NCBI GenBank assembly: GCA_964571855.1 | Contig: CAZNDO010000018.1 | Location: 3,886-67,885, forward strand | Reading direction: 5' to 3' | DNA: 64,000 bases | From: an uncultured Gemmatimonadota bacterium | GTDB taxonomy: Bacteria; ARS69 | Shown here: piece after piece, positions 37,275-47,611 of the stretch | Layout of the letters: each line of letters starts with the position of its first letter | Numbering within the stretch: the first letter of the stretch is position 1 | Notes under the pieces: model-generated | What the model saw: the letters and a program-made list of their open reading frames with translations, nothing else | Told to the model about the DNA's origin: nothing | Databases searched by the model: none | Made by a program: the position numbers and the translations under genes

Positions 37275-39031
37275 CCGGGGGATCCGGTGGACTGCGGGGT
37301 CCCGGCCACGTGGCAGGCCTCGCACGCGGTGGGCGCTCCCACCCACACCGCGCCGCGCTTCCCGTCCGGCAGGGTCCCCTCGGCGTGGCAGGCCGCACAC
37401 GCCACCTTCGCGTGGGCGCCGGCCAGCGGGAACTTCGTCTTCTCGTGATCGAAGCGGACGGCCGGCCGGAACGTGTCCGCGCCGTGGCAGACGCTGCACT
37501 CGTCCCCGCCCTTGCGCTTCGCGAACTGGCCGCCGTGCGGGTCCTCGTGGCAGTCCCGGCAGGCACGCGCCTTCTCCTGGAACGACAGATCCGGCCACGC
37601 CTTCGCGGTCCCGAGCAGCGTGGACTCCGGGTGCTTCGTCTCCAGGCCCTGGTGGCACAGGAAGCACGGCACGGCCGCGTGCGCGCCCTCCAGCGGGAAC
37701 TCGTACGCCGCGTGCGCCGCCGGGTCCACGCGGGAGGGCGCGAACGCCGCCGGATCGTGGCAGGCAAGGCACTTGTCGTCGGTGGCCCCGAGCGCCTCGC
37801 GATGCGGGTCCGCGTGGCAGTCCACGCACTGCATGGTCTGGAACCGCAGCAGCACGCCGGCGGTCCCGATGCGCTTCGCGTCCGGCAGGGGCGGCAGGTG
37901 CGCGCGCTGCGGTCCGTGGCACGCCTCGCACGCCGCCTTCTCGTGCGCGCCCTGCAGCGGGAAGCGCAGCGCCGCGTGGTCCGCCACCGTGAACTTCGCG
38001 GGGCGGAACGTGGTCACGTCGTGGCAGCTCTCGCAGCGCCCGCCGTCGGCGCGACGCGCGAGCTGCCCGCCGTGCGCGTCCGCGTGGCAGTCCGCGCACT
38101 TCGCGAACGCGGGCCGGAACCGGAAGGGCACCGCCGGGTCCTTCGAGGCGTGGCACTCCCGGCACGCGACCGCGCGGTGCTTCCCTTCCAGCGCGTACTT
38201 CGCCTTCGCGTGCCGCGTCACGTCGAACGTGGACGGCACGAAGCCCTCCACGCGGTGGCACGATTCGCAGTCCACGGCCGCGCCGGCGAGCGTGGCCTCG
38301 CCGCGGTGCGGATCCGCGTGGCAGTCCACGCACTTCGCGAATGCCGGCAGCACGTCGTAGCCGTCCTTGTGGCACTTCGCGCACTCCAGCGCGCGGTGCT
38401 TCCCGCGCAGCGGGTAGCGCGTCTTCTCGTGGTCGAACGCGCCCTGCACCACCTGCTTCCAGTCCGCGGTGGTGTGGCACTCCGTGCAGTTCGCGCCGAA
38501 GCGGTCCTTGTGCGGATCGGCGTGGCAGGAGAGGCACTGCGTCTCCAGGCCCAGCCGGGAGTCGTCCGCCACCCGGCCCTTGCGCTTCGCGAGGGCCGCG
38601 GACTTGCGCAACTCCGGGCGGTGGCACTTCGCGCACTCCAGGGACGCGTGCTTCCCGTCCAGCGCCCACCCGGTCTTCGCATGGTCGAAGGCGTCGTCGC
38701 CCGCCCACTCCACGAGCGGGAAGTCCACGCCGCCGTGCTCCACGTGGCACTCGGCGCAGGCGCCGGCCGCATCGCGCGCGTGGAAGCCGCGCCCGGCCTC
38801 GCGCAGCGCGGCGATCTCGCCGTGGCAGGAGAGGCACTGCGCGTCCACGCCCTTCTCCTTGATGCCGTGGCAGGCCAGGCAGTTCTTCACGCCCTCCAGG
38901 TCCGCGTGCGCGCGCGACAGCGGCCCCGGGGAGATCTGGCCCCGGGTCGGAGCGGCGGGCAGGAGGAAGGACACGGCCAACGTCATGACGATCGTCCGGA
39001 GCGGGCCGCCGCGCCGTCTACGCGGGAGCAC
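37271..39031 (-). CDS. Multihaem c-type cytochrome (20 CxxCH in ~586 aa), secreted
   Basis: Twenty CxxCH motifs are present (CLACH, CLSCH, CAECH, ...). A hydrophobic N-terminal signal (MTLAVSFLLPAAP) is present. Start is either the GTG at 39031 or the ATG at 38986. The stop overlaps the downstream start. Confidence 0.8.
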   Translation of the reverse strand: MLPRRRRGGPLRTIVMTLAVSFLLPAAPTRGQISPGPLSRAHADLEGVKNCLACHGIKEKGVDAQCLSCHGEIAALREAGRGFHARDAAGACAECHVEHGGVDFPLVEWAGDDAFDHAKTGWALDGKHASLECAKCHRPELRKSAALAKRKGRVADDSRLGLETQCLSCHADPHKDRFGANCTECHTTADWKQVVQGAFDHEKTRYPLRGKHRALECAKCHKDGYDVLPAFAKCVDCHADPHRGEATLAGAAVDCESCHRVEGFVPSTFDVTRHAKAKYALEGKHRAVACRECHASKDPAVPFRFRPAFAKCADCHADAHGGQLARRADGGRCESCHDVTTFRPAKFTVADHAALRFPLQGAHEKAACEACHGPQRAHLPPLPDAKRIGTAGVLLRFQTMQCVDCHADPHREALGATDDKCLACHDPAAFAPSRVDPAAHAAYEFPLEGAHAAVPCFLCHQGLETKHPESTLLGTAKAWPDLSFQEKARACRDCHEDPHGGQFAKRKGGDECSVCHGADTFRPAVRFDHEKTKFPLAGAHAKVACAACHAEGTLPDGKRGAVWVGAPTACEACHVAGTPQSTGSPG

Positions 39032-40451
39032 CGGCTTTCGCCTCCTCGAGCGGAATGGCCTTCGTGACCATGCGGATGCCCGCCTTCTCCAGGAACGCGG
39101 CCGGCGGCTCGCCGCCGATGCGCACGATCACGTCGTCGTTGGGGAGGGTGAGGACCTTGCCGCCGGCCTCGATCTCCACGGCGTCCGCGCGGATGGCCTT
39201 CACCGCGCTTTCGCGCAGGATCCGCACCTTCCCGTTGCGCTCGGCCTCCGCCAGCTTCTGCCGGTTGCGCTCCTTCGCGCGGTCGAAGTCCGCCTTGCGG
39301 TGGCTGAGCACGACCTCGGTGCCCTCCTGGTTCGCGAGGCCCAGCGCGGACTCCAGCGCGCTGTCCCCGCCGCCGACCACGAGCACCTTCCGGCCCTTGA
39401 ATTCCTCCATCTCCACGATGTCGTAGAAGACCTTCTCGGTCTCCTCCCCCGGCACGCCGAGGCGGCGCGGCGTGCCGCGCCGGCCGAGCGCCAGGATCAC
39501 GCGGCGCGCGCGCACCTCGAACCCCTGGCCGCGCACGGCGATGGACGCCCCTTCGCGCGCCACCTCCTCCACGCGCCGGTTCGACAGCACCGTGAGGCCG
39601 CTCTGCTCCACCATCGCCTCCCACACGGCGAGGAGCGTCTCCTTCGAGGCGTCCGCCACCCAAAGGTCCCCGTACAGCGGCACCTTGATCGGCTCCGCGA
39701 GCAGCAGCTTGTGGCGCGGGTACTTGCGGATCGTGTCGGCCAGGCTGCCCTGATCCAGGATCACGAAGTCCAGTCCCGCCTTGCGGGCGGTGAGCGCGGC
39801 GCTCAGCCCGGCCGGGCCGGAGCCCACGATCGCGAGGTCGTGCACGCTGCCGCACGCGCCGGTCCCGCACGCCTGCAGCTCGCGCGCCGCGTTCTCCGCG
39901 GCCACGCGGCCCTCGTTGATGGCGTTCTTGATGAGCCCGCGCCCGCCGAGCTCGCCCACGATGTACACGCCCGGCACGTTCGACTGGAAGTCCGCCTTCA
40001 GATCCGGCACGGTCACGCGGTGCACGGCCGCGCCCGTGGCGATCACGATGCCGCCCACCGGGCACGCCTCCGCGCACTTCCCGTGTCCCTTGCAGCGATC
40101 CTTCTCCACGATGGCCAGCTTGCCCTCGAGGCGGATGGCGCCGGGCTCGGGGCACACGGGGACGCAACAGCCGCAGCCCACGCACACGTCCGCGCGGACA
40201 ATGGCGTGCGGGGCCGCATCGTCGGCCGGCGCGGCGGCCGGGTCCGGGGCGGCCTCCACCTCGGCGGCGGCGATCTCGAACACCTGCATCGGGACGTCGC
40301 AACCGGGGCAGCGCGAGGCGCCCGCGGGGACCTCGCCGCCGCACCGGGGGCACGCGGTGCGCGGCCCGCCGCCCTTGCGGCGGATCTGCCACGCCATGAG
40401 CGCCGCGGTGAGGACGGCGAAGGCGACCGTCGCGAGGACGCCGGAGTTCAT
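39018..40451 (-). CDS. Membrane-anchored iron-sulfur flavoprotein: N-terminal TM helix, zinc-ribbon, 2x[4Fe-4S] ferredoxin domain and a thioredoxin-reductase-like FAD/NAD(P)-binding oxidoreductase domain
   Basis: The TM segment is VLATVAFAVLTAALMAWQI and the zinc-ribbon is CPRCGG..CPGC. Ferredoxin motifs CVGCGCCVPVCP and CKGHGKCAEACP are present. There are two Rossmann GxGxxG motifs (AIVGSGPAGL, VLVVGGGDSAL). The start ATG overlaps the upstream stop. Confidence 0.8.
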   Translation of the reverse strand: MNSGVLATVAFAVLTAALMAWQIRRKGGGPRTACPRCGGEVPAGASRCPGCDVPMQVFEIAAAEVEAAPDPAAAPADDAAPHAIVRADVCVGCGCCVPVCPEPGAIRLEGKLAIVEKDRCKGHGKCAEACPVGGIVIATGAAVHRVTVPDLKADFQSNVPGVYIVGELGGRGLIKNAINEGRVAAENAARELQACGTGACGSVHDLAIVGSGPAGLSAALTARKAGLDFVILDQGSLADTIRKYPRHKLLLAEPIKVPLYGDLWVADASKETLLAVWEAMVEQSGLTVLSNRRVEEVAREGASIAVRGQGFEVRARRVILALGRRGTPRRLGVPGEETEKVFYDIVEMEEFKGRKVLVVGGGDSALESALGLANQEGTEVVLSHRKADFDRAKERNRQKLAEAERNGKVRILRESAVKAIRADAVEIEAGGKVLTLPNDDVIVRIGGEPPAAFLEKAGIRMVTKAIPLEEAKAGAPA

Positions 40452-41404
40452 CAGCGCAGCCACGTGTCGCTGAACAGGATCGCCACCGCCACGTGCACCG
40501 CCACCGCGAGGAACGCCATGATCGCGAAGGGCATGTGGAACGCGTGCCACAACCGGAACACGCGGTTCGTGGCATCCAGGATGCGGATTTGCTGGCCGAG
40601 CGCCATCTCGCGGCGCGCGAGACGGGTGACCTTCCGCACCTCGCGCGCGTCGAACCTCCGCTTCGACGTGCGCATGCCCGCCTCGAGGCGATGCACGGCA
40701 CGGCGACGATCGAGGTCGTCGCGCAGCATGCGCCCGAGGGCACGCACCACGCCGCCCCGGGGCGCCACGTCCACCGGCTTCAGCAGCTCGAGGATCTCGC
40801 GCGGGTCCAGGCCGGTGGACTCCACCAGCGTGCCGAGGATCTCGCGGCGCTCCGCGGAGACCTGCTCGCGCGTGAGCTCCAGCCCGGCCCGCCCGCGCGG
40901 GATGCGCACGTACAGGTACCGGCCCACCACGCCCGAGCACGCCACCACGAGCATCGAGAAGTACCCGAGCCCGATGAGCCCCTCGAACCGGAACCCCGCG
41001 TGCACCGCGCCCGCCAGCGGCATCAGCACGCCGGCCACGATGTGCGCGTCCAGCCAGCGCGGGATGGGGCCGAGGAACGTGGCGGACGAGAGGCGCTTCC
41101 GCACCGGGTAGAGCCACAGGAAGGCGAACAGCGCGAAGGCCAGGAGGCCGGCGGACTGCCCCACGTACCCCGTGGGACCCAGCCACTCGTGCCAGGGATT
41201 GCGGAGCCGCTCCCCGAACGGCAGGGCGTAGTACGAAGCCCCCGCCGCCGCCACGAGCAGCAACGGGAACACGCCGACGAGCACCGCGCGCGGCACGAAG
41301 GGCGGCGCGACGGAGCGGACGGCCGGGGACGCCGGCTCGGTTGCCTTGGCCGGCTTCCCCGGCGCCGCACTTGCCCGCGGCGCCGCCAGTTCGGTGGTGG
41401 CCAT
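40451..41404 (-). CDS. Integral membrane protein with two conserved His pairs spaced 13-14 residues apart in TM helices; a putative di-haem b-type cytochrome / ferric-reductase-like electron-transfer subunit
   Basis: There are about 6 TM helices. The His pairs are AHIVAGVLMPLAGAVHAGF and HAFHMPFAIMAFLAVAVHV. It is the first gene of the operon. The start is taken at the internal ATG (MATTEL...); the upstream ATG at 41467 is the alternative. Confidence 0.5.
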   Translation of the reverse strand: MATTELAAPRASAAPGKPAKATEPASPAVRSVAPPFVPRAVLVGVFPLLLVAAAGASYYALPFGERLRNPWHEWLGPTGYVGQSAGLLAFALFAFLWLYPVRKRLSSATFLGPIPRWLDAHIVAGVLMPLAGAVHAGFRFEGLIGLGYFSMLVVACSGVVGRYLYVRIPRGRAGLELTREQVSAERREILGTLVESTGLDPREILELLKPVDVAPRGGVVRALGRMLRDDLDRRRAVHRLEAGMRTSKRRFDAREVRKVTRLARREMALGQQIRILDATNRVFRLWHAFHMPFAIMAFLAVAVHVAVAILFSDTWLR

Positions 41405-41550
41405 GCCCGTCGTCCCGTCCTCCCGTCGATGCAGGAACGTCCTCCCGCGTGTGCATTCTGCGACCACGCGGTGCGCAAAGAGGGCCCGGTCCCCCCCTTC
41501 GCGCCGGGCGGGATGTGGTGCCGCGACTCCGGAATTCCCCGAAAAGGGGG

Positions 41551-42126
41551 TTAGTTATCCAGCACGCGGCGGAGATCGACGAGGCGCCGAGCGAAGTACG
41601 GATCTTCGAGTTCGGTCACGATCACGCCGCGGCTCAGGGATGCATGCAAGAACCGGTCCCGTCCGAGCATCACCCCCACGTGGCTCACGCGGGAGCCGAT
41701 GCGGAAGAAGACGAGGTCGCCGGCGCGGGCTTCGTCCCGTTCGATGGAGCGGCCCTCGCGGCTCTGCGCCCACGTCGTGCGCGGCAACTCCACGCCCAGC
41801 TCGTCCATCACGGACTGCACGAGGGCGGAGCAGTCCACGCCGCGTCCGTCCGTCCCGCCGTGGCGGTACGGAGTGCCGAGCCAGTTCGACGCGGCGTCCT
41901 CCAGCATCCGCGCCCGCCACGCGTCCGGATCGGGCGAGTCCTGGAGCTCGGTGAGCGGCCCGGGACCGCGCGCCGGCGCCGGCCCGGCCATGGGCCCCAC
42001 CGGGGAAACGGGATCGGGATACACCGGCGCGCGGAACGCGGGGCGCGGGCCGCAGCCGGCCAGGAGCGCCGCCGCAAGCGTCGCGGCGAGGAGGCGGCCG
42101 CCCGAGCGGGCGCGGACGCGCCTCAC
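41551..42126 (-). CDS. NlpC/P60-family (C40) peptidoglycan endopeptidase lipoprotein
   Basis: The lipobox is LLAGC. The catalytic Cys region (GVDCSALVQSV) and His region (GDLVFF...HVGVMLG) are present, at ~190 aa. Confidence 0.85.
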   Translation of the reverse strand: MRRVRARSGGRLLAATLAAALLAGCGPRPAFRAPVYPDPVSPVGPMAGPAPARGPGPLTELQDSPDPDAWRARMLEDAASNWLGTPYRHGGTDGRGVDCSALVQSVMDELGVELPRTTWAQSREGRSIERDEARAGDLVFFRIGSRVSHVGVMLGRDRFLHASLSRGVIVTELEDPYFARRLVDLRRVLDN

Positions 42127-43568
42127 GGCGGCGGCCCCGCCAGGCGCGCCGCGAACAGCTCGCGCACGCGCTTCGGGTTCGCCTTCCCGCCGCTGGACTT
42201 CATGGCCTGCCCCACGAGGAAGCCGAGCACCTTCTCCTCCCCGGCGCGCACCTGCGCAGCCTGGTCCGGGTGCCGCGCCACCACGTCGTCCACGATCGCG
42301 GCGAGCGCGGCATCATCCGACACCTGCGTGAGCCCCTCCGCCTCCACGATCTCGCGCGGCGCGCGGCCGGTCTCGCGCATCCTCTCGAAGACCGTCTTCG
42401 CGGCGCTCCCGGACACGGTGCCGTCCCGCACGAGCGCCAGCAGCTCCCCGAGCGACGCGCCGGTCACCCCCACGTCCGCCACGCGCGTCCCCTCGTCCTT
42501 CAACAGCCGCAGCACCTCGCCCATCGTCCAGTTCGCGGCGAGCTTCCCGTCGCCGCACGCGCGCGCGGCCTCCTCGAAGGTGTCGGCCACGTCGCGGCGC
42601 TCCGTGAGGACGGCCGCGTCGTACGCCGGCAACCCCCACTCCGCGGCGAACCGCGCCCGCCGCGCGAGCGGCAGCTCCGGCAGCGCCGCGCGCGCCGCGT
42701 CCACGTCCGCCGGGGCCAACTCCAGCGGCGGCAGATCCGGCTCCGGGAAGTAGCGGTAGTCCGGCGCGTCCTCCTTGGAGCGCATCATGCGCACGTCGCC
42801 GGCCCCGTCGTCCCACAGCATCGTGGCGGCCTCGATCCGCCCGCCGCCCTCCCGCACGGACGCCTGCCGCGCCGCCTCCCGCGCGATCGCGCGCTCCACC
42901 ATGCGGATGCTGTTCAGGTTCTTCACCTCGGTCTTCGTGCCGAGCGCGGCGTCGCCCGCGCGGCGCACGGAGACGTTCGCGTCGCAGCGGAGGTTCCCGC
43001 GGCTCATCTCCCCGTCGGACACGCCGAGCCAGCGCACCGTGCGCCGCAGGGACTCCAGCACGGCGCCCGCCTCCTCGGGGCGCCGGAGCGCCGGCTCCGT
43101 CACGATCTCGAGCAGCGGCGTGCCGCAGCGGTTCAGGTCCAGCCGCGTGTCCCCGCCCGCGCCGGTCTCGTCGTGCAGCGACTTCCCAGCGTCCTCCTCC
43201 AGGTGCACGCGCACGAGCGGCACCGCGCGCTCCTCGCCGTCCCGCGCGAAGGGGATGGCGCCGCCCACGCCGAGCGGCGCCTCGTACTGCGAGATCTGGT
43301 AGCCCTTCGGCAGGTCCGGGTAGAAGTAGTTCTTCCGCGCGAAGACCGAGCGCGAAGGCACGCGGCACCCGAGCGCGAGCACCGTGCGCAGCGACAGCTC
43401 CACCGCGCGCGCGTTCAGCACCGGCAGCGCACCCGGCAGCCCCAGGCACACCGCGCACACGTTCGTGTTCGGCGGGTCGCCGAAGCGCCGCGGGCACGCG
43501 CAGAAGCACTTCGACTCGGTGTCGAGCTGCACGTGGATCTCAAGCCCGATCACGGTCTCCCAGGTCAT
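42123..43568 (-). CDS. gatB: Asp-tRNA(Asn)/Glu-tRNA(Gln) amidotransferase subunit B
   Basis: The translation MTWETVIGLEIHVQL...NLNSIRMVERAI is a strong match. The start ATG overlaps the gatA stop. Confidence 0.95.
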   Translation of the reverse strand: MTWETVIGLEIHVQLDTESKCFCACPRRFGDPPNTNVCAVCLGLPGALPVLNARAVELSLRTVLALGCRVPSRSVFARKNYFYPDLPKGYQISQYEAPLGVGGAIPFARDGEERAVPLVRVHLEEDAGKSLHDETGAGGDTRLDLNRCGTPLLEIVTEPALRRPEEAGAVLESLRRTVRWLGVSDGEMSRGNLRCDANVSVRRAGDAALGTKTEVKNLNSIRMVERAIAREAARQASVREGGGRIEAATMLWDDGAGDVRMMRSKEDAPDYRYFPEPDLPPLELAPADVDAARAALPELPLARRARFAAEWGLPAYDAAVLTERRDVADTFEEAARACGDGKLAANWTMGEVLRLLKDEGTRVADVGVTGASLGELLALVRDGTVSGSAAKTVFERMRETGRAPREIVEAEGLTQVSDDAALAAIVDDVVARHPDQAAQVRAGEEKVLGFLVGQAMKSSGGKANPKRVRELFAARLAGPPP

Positions 43569-44977
43569 CGCGCCGCCTCGAACGCGGCCGCGGCGCGCAG
43601 CAGCAGGTCCTCGCGCCACGCGGGCGCCTGGATCTGCAGACCCACCGGGAAGCCCTCGCGGTCCGTCCCGCACGGGACGGAGATCGCGGGGATGCCGGCC
43701 AGGCTGGCCGGGATCGTCATGGCGTCGGTGAGGTACATCGCGAGGGGATCATCCGTTCGCGCGCCGCGGGCGAAGGGTCCGGTGGGCGCCACCGGCGACA
43801 GCAGGAGGTCGGCGTGCGCGAAGGCGTCGCGGTAGTCGCGCGCCAGGTGGGCCCGCGCCTTCGAAGCGCGCCCGTAGAAGCGATCGTGGTACCCGGACGA
43901 GAGGCAGAACGTGCCCATGAGGATGCGCCGTTTCACCTCGGCGCCGAAGCCCTCGTCGCGCGTGCGCGTGTACAGGTCATCCAGATCGCGCGGGGCGGCG
44001 GCGCGGTGGCCGTAGCGCACGCCGTCGTAGCGCGCCAGGTTCGACGACGCTTCGGCGCTCGCCAGCACGTAGTACGCCGCGATCCCGTAGCGCGCGTGCG
44101 GGAGGCGCGCCTCCACGCGCGCGGCGCCCAGCCGCTCGAACACGGCGGCGGCCTCCTCCACGCGCGCGCGGACGTCCTCCGCCACGCCCTCGCCGAGCAG
44201 CTCCGGCACGACGCCCACGCGCAAGCCCCGCACATCCGTGGCGGCGAGGTCCCCGATCGGCTCCACCGGCGTCGCGCGACACGTGGCGTCCGCGGGGTCG
44301 CCGCCCGCGATCGTCTCGTACAGCCGCGCCACTCCCGCCACGTCCGCCGCCACCGGCCCGATCTGGTCCAGCGAGGATGCGAACGCCACGAGCCCGGACC
44401 GCGACACCCGTCCCCACGTGGGCTTCAGCCCCACCACGCCGCACCACGCCGCAGGGAGGCGCACCGAGCCGCCGGTGTCGCTGCCGAGCGCGAGCACGGC
44501 CATCCCGTCGGCCACCGCCACGCACGATCCCCCGGACGATCCGCCGGGGACGCGCGCCGGATCGCGCGGGTGCGCCGCCGCGCCGAACGCGGAGTGCTCG
44601 TTGGAGCTGCCCATGGCGAACTCGTCGAGGTTCGTCTTGCCGAGGATCACCGCGCCGGCGGCGCGAAGCCGGCCCACGACCGTGGCGTCCACCGGGGAGC
44701 GGTAGCCCGCGAGGATGCGCGAAGCGCAGGTCGTCGGGAGGTCGCGGGTGACGAGGTTGTCCTTCAGCGCGATCGGCACGCCGTCCAGCGGCCCGAGCGC
44801 GCGCCCCGCCGCGCGGCGCGCATCCGAAGCCGCCGCCTGCGCCCTCGCCCCGGCCTCGTCCACGTGCAGGAAGGCGCGCAGCTCCCCGTTGCGGGCGGCG
44901 ATCCGCGCCAGACATCGCTCGGTGAGGGCCGTGGACGTGAGCGCGCCGCCGGCGAGATCCGCGAGCACCCCGCTCAC
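43565..44977 (-). CDS. gatA: Glutamyl-tRNA(Gln) amidotransferase subunit A
   Basis: The amidase signature is present (GGSSGGS...GSDTGGSVRLPAAWCG), at 470 aa. Confidence 0.95.
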   Translation of the reverse strand: MSGVLADLAGGALTSTALTERCLARIAARNGELRAFLHVDEAGARAQAAASDARRAAGRALGPLDGVPIALKDNLVTRDLPTTCASRILAGYRSPVDATVVGRLRAAGAVILGKTNLDEFAMGSSNEHSAFGAAAHPRDPARVPGGSSGGSCVAVADGMAVLALGSDTGGSVRLPAAWCGVVGLKPTWGRVSRSGLVAFASSLDQIGPVAADVAGVARLYETIAGGDPADATCRATPVEPIGDLAATDVRGLRVGVVPELLGEGVAEDVRARVEEAAAVFERLGAARVEARLPHARYGIAAYYVLASAEASSNLARYDGVRYGHRAAAPRDLDDLYTRTRDEGFGAEVKRRILMGTFCLSSGYHDRFYGRASKARAHLARDYRDAFAHADLLLSPVAPTGPFARGARTDDPLAMYLTDAMTIPASLAGIPAISVPCGTDREGFPVGLQIQAPAWREDLLLRAAAAFEAAR

Positions 44978-45273
44978 GCCGCGGGCTCCGCGTCGATCAC
45001 GGGCGGGACGACGAACGTGCCGCCGGCCGGATCCGCGCCCGGCGCCTGCGCGAGCACGTCGTCCCGCGGCAGCCCGGGCCGCGCCGCGTCCGCGCGCAGC
45101 ATGCCCGGCGACGCGTCGCGCTCGCCGGGATCCGGCTCTTCGTCGATGTCCTTGAGCAGCTCCACGTAATCCAGGATCCGCACGAGCTGGGCGGACAGCT
45201 CCCGCTCCTCGTCGGGCGTGAGCGCCAGCTTCGCCAGCCGTGCGACCCGCGCGATCTCGTCCCGCGAAACCAC
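44974..45273 (-). CDS. gatC: Glutamyl-tRNA(Gln) amidotransferase subunit C (start is uncertain; the ORF extends to 45300)
   Basis: The N-terminus (SRDEIARVARLAKLAL...EELSAQLVRILDYVELL) matches GatC. It overlaps the gatA start. Confidence 0.75.
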   Translation of the reverse strand: MVSRDEIARVARLAKLALTPDEERELSAQLVRILDYVELLKDIDEEPDPGERDASPGMLRADAARPGLPRDDVLAQAPGADPAGGTFVVPPVIDAEPAA

Positions 45274-45382
45274 CGCCCCTCCCCTGCGCAACCGGCGCAC
45301 GCGTGGATGCCGCGCGGAGGATACCCCGATTCGCGGCGGGGACGGGATGATCCGATGCGGGTGGTCCGGCGGGTGGCGCGAC

Positions 45383-45700
45383 CTACCGGGCGGGCTGCAC
45401 GACCACGCGGATGGTCACCTTCGGCGGGACCCAGGACCGGGACGCCAGGCTGCCCGCGACCTTCCAGAGATGCGCGCGCAGCGACGGATCCGGGGCGGTC
45501 TCGCCGCCGCAGAGGATGCGGTAGATGGACTCGCGGTCCAGCTCCTGGGCCGGGGAGGTGGTGCTCCCCAGGAGAAGCAGCGGCCCGGCGCCGGGGCCCG
45601 GAGTGCCGAGCAGGCGCATGGGGGACGCCGCGGCGGGCGCGAAGGAGACGAGAAGCAGCGCGAGGGCGGACGCGGCGGCGGCGAGGGAGCGTGCGGACAT
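45383..45700 (-). CDS. Small secreted hypothetical protein (~105 aa)
   Basis: The signal peptide is MSARSLAAAASALALLLVSFAPAAAS. Only the C-terminal third of a long Arg-rich ORF is plausible. Confidence 0.4.
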   Translation of the reverse strand: MSARSLAAAASALALLLVSFAPAAASPMRLLGTPGPGAGPLLLLGSTTSPAQELDRESIYRILCGGETAPDPSLRAHLWKVAGSLASRSWVPPKVTIRVVVQPAR

Positions 45701-45755
45701 TCCGGCAGGGCCTCCGAAGGGGATCGGCGATTCGGCGGGGGTACGACGAAGCCGA

Positions 45756-46333
45756 CTACTCTCCCAACGATCGTCCGGAACGTCCAGCCGCTTGATCAGG
45801 ATTTGCGAGGATCGCGCGTTTCGTGGCGGACGCGGCGGGAAGATCCGCGGGGGCCGCCGCCCAGGCCGCGGCGAACGCCTCGCGCAGCGGACCCTCGGCG
45901 GCCACCGCCAGCCGCGCCGCGAGCTCCGGCTCGTGCTCGAAGGGGAACGCCAGCGCCGCCAGCTCCGGATTCCACGCCTCCCCGTGCGGCAGCTCCAGGA
46001 CCGCGCCATCCGAGATCCGCCGCTCGCCGCCGGTCTCGCGGATCACCGCCGGCGTCCGCCCCGGTGCGAACGCCGCCATCGCGAGCCGCGCGCCGGGCCG
46101 CCACGGGATCTTCACCGGCTCGCGCGCGGAATCCGGCACTTCCCCGGCCCGCCCGGCCACGCGCCACGCGTAGGCGAACGCGCCGGAGTCGTCCACCGCT
46201 TCCACGTAGAACACGGCGCCCGGGAGGGGCGCCGTGCGCTCGTCCACGAGGGTCACGCGCACGTCGCGCGTGGAGGCCAGATCGGCGCAACCCGGCGACG
46301 CCGCCAGCGCCAGCGCCGACCCGGCCGCGGCGA

Positions 46334-46358
<25 letters not shown>
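45756..46358 (-). CDS. Hypothetical secreted protein (~200 aa)
   Basis: A GTG start overlaps the end of fbaB. Its signal-like N-terminus is [18 protein letters not shown]. Its composition is protein-like, unlike the surrounding shadow ORFs. Confidence 0.35.
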
Positions 46359-47410
<1,052 letters not shown>

Positions 47411-47611
47411 TTCGGACTCCTTTCGGGGTTGCGGAGCGCATCTTAGCACTGCCGGGCCGGGCCAGCGGACGCGCGCGTCCGGTCCGCGGGGCCCCGCCAT
47501 CGCTGCGCCGGCGGCACAGGCTCACCCTGATCAGGGGGAGACTGTGTGTCTTCTTTGGACAGACCCCCCTCGGGGGGCTCGCCCGCCTTCCGGCCGGCCT
47601 GCTACGATGCC

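Noticed and set aside
41470-41550. Short CCCCC-gaaaa-GGGGG hairpin after the NlpC/P60 stop as a terminator
   Set aside because: The stem is only 5 bp and is not followed by a T-tract on the relevant strand. It is more likely part of the promoter region of the cytochrome operon, so it is not listed as a feature.
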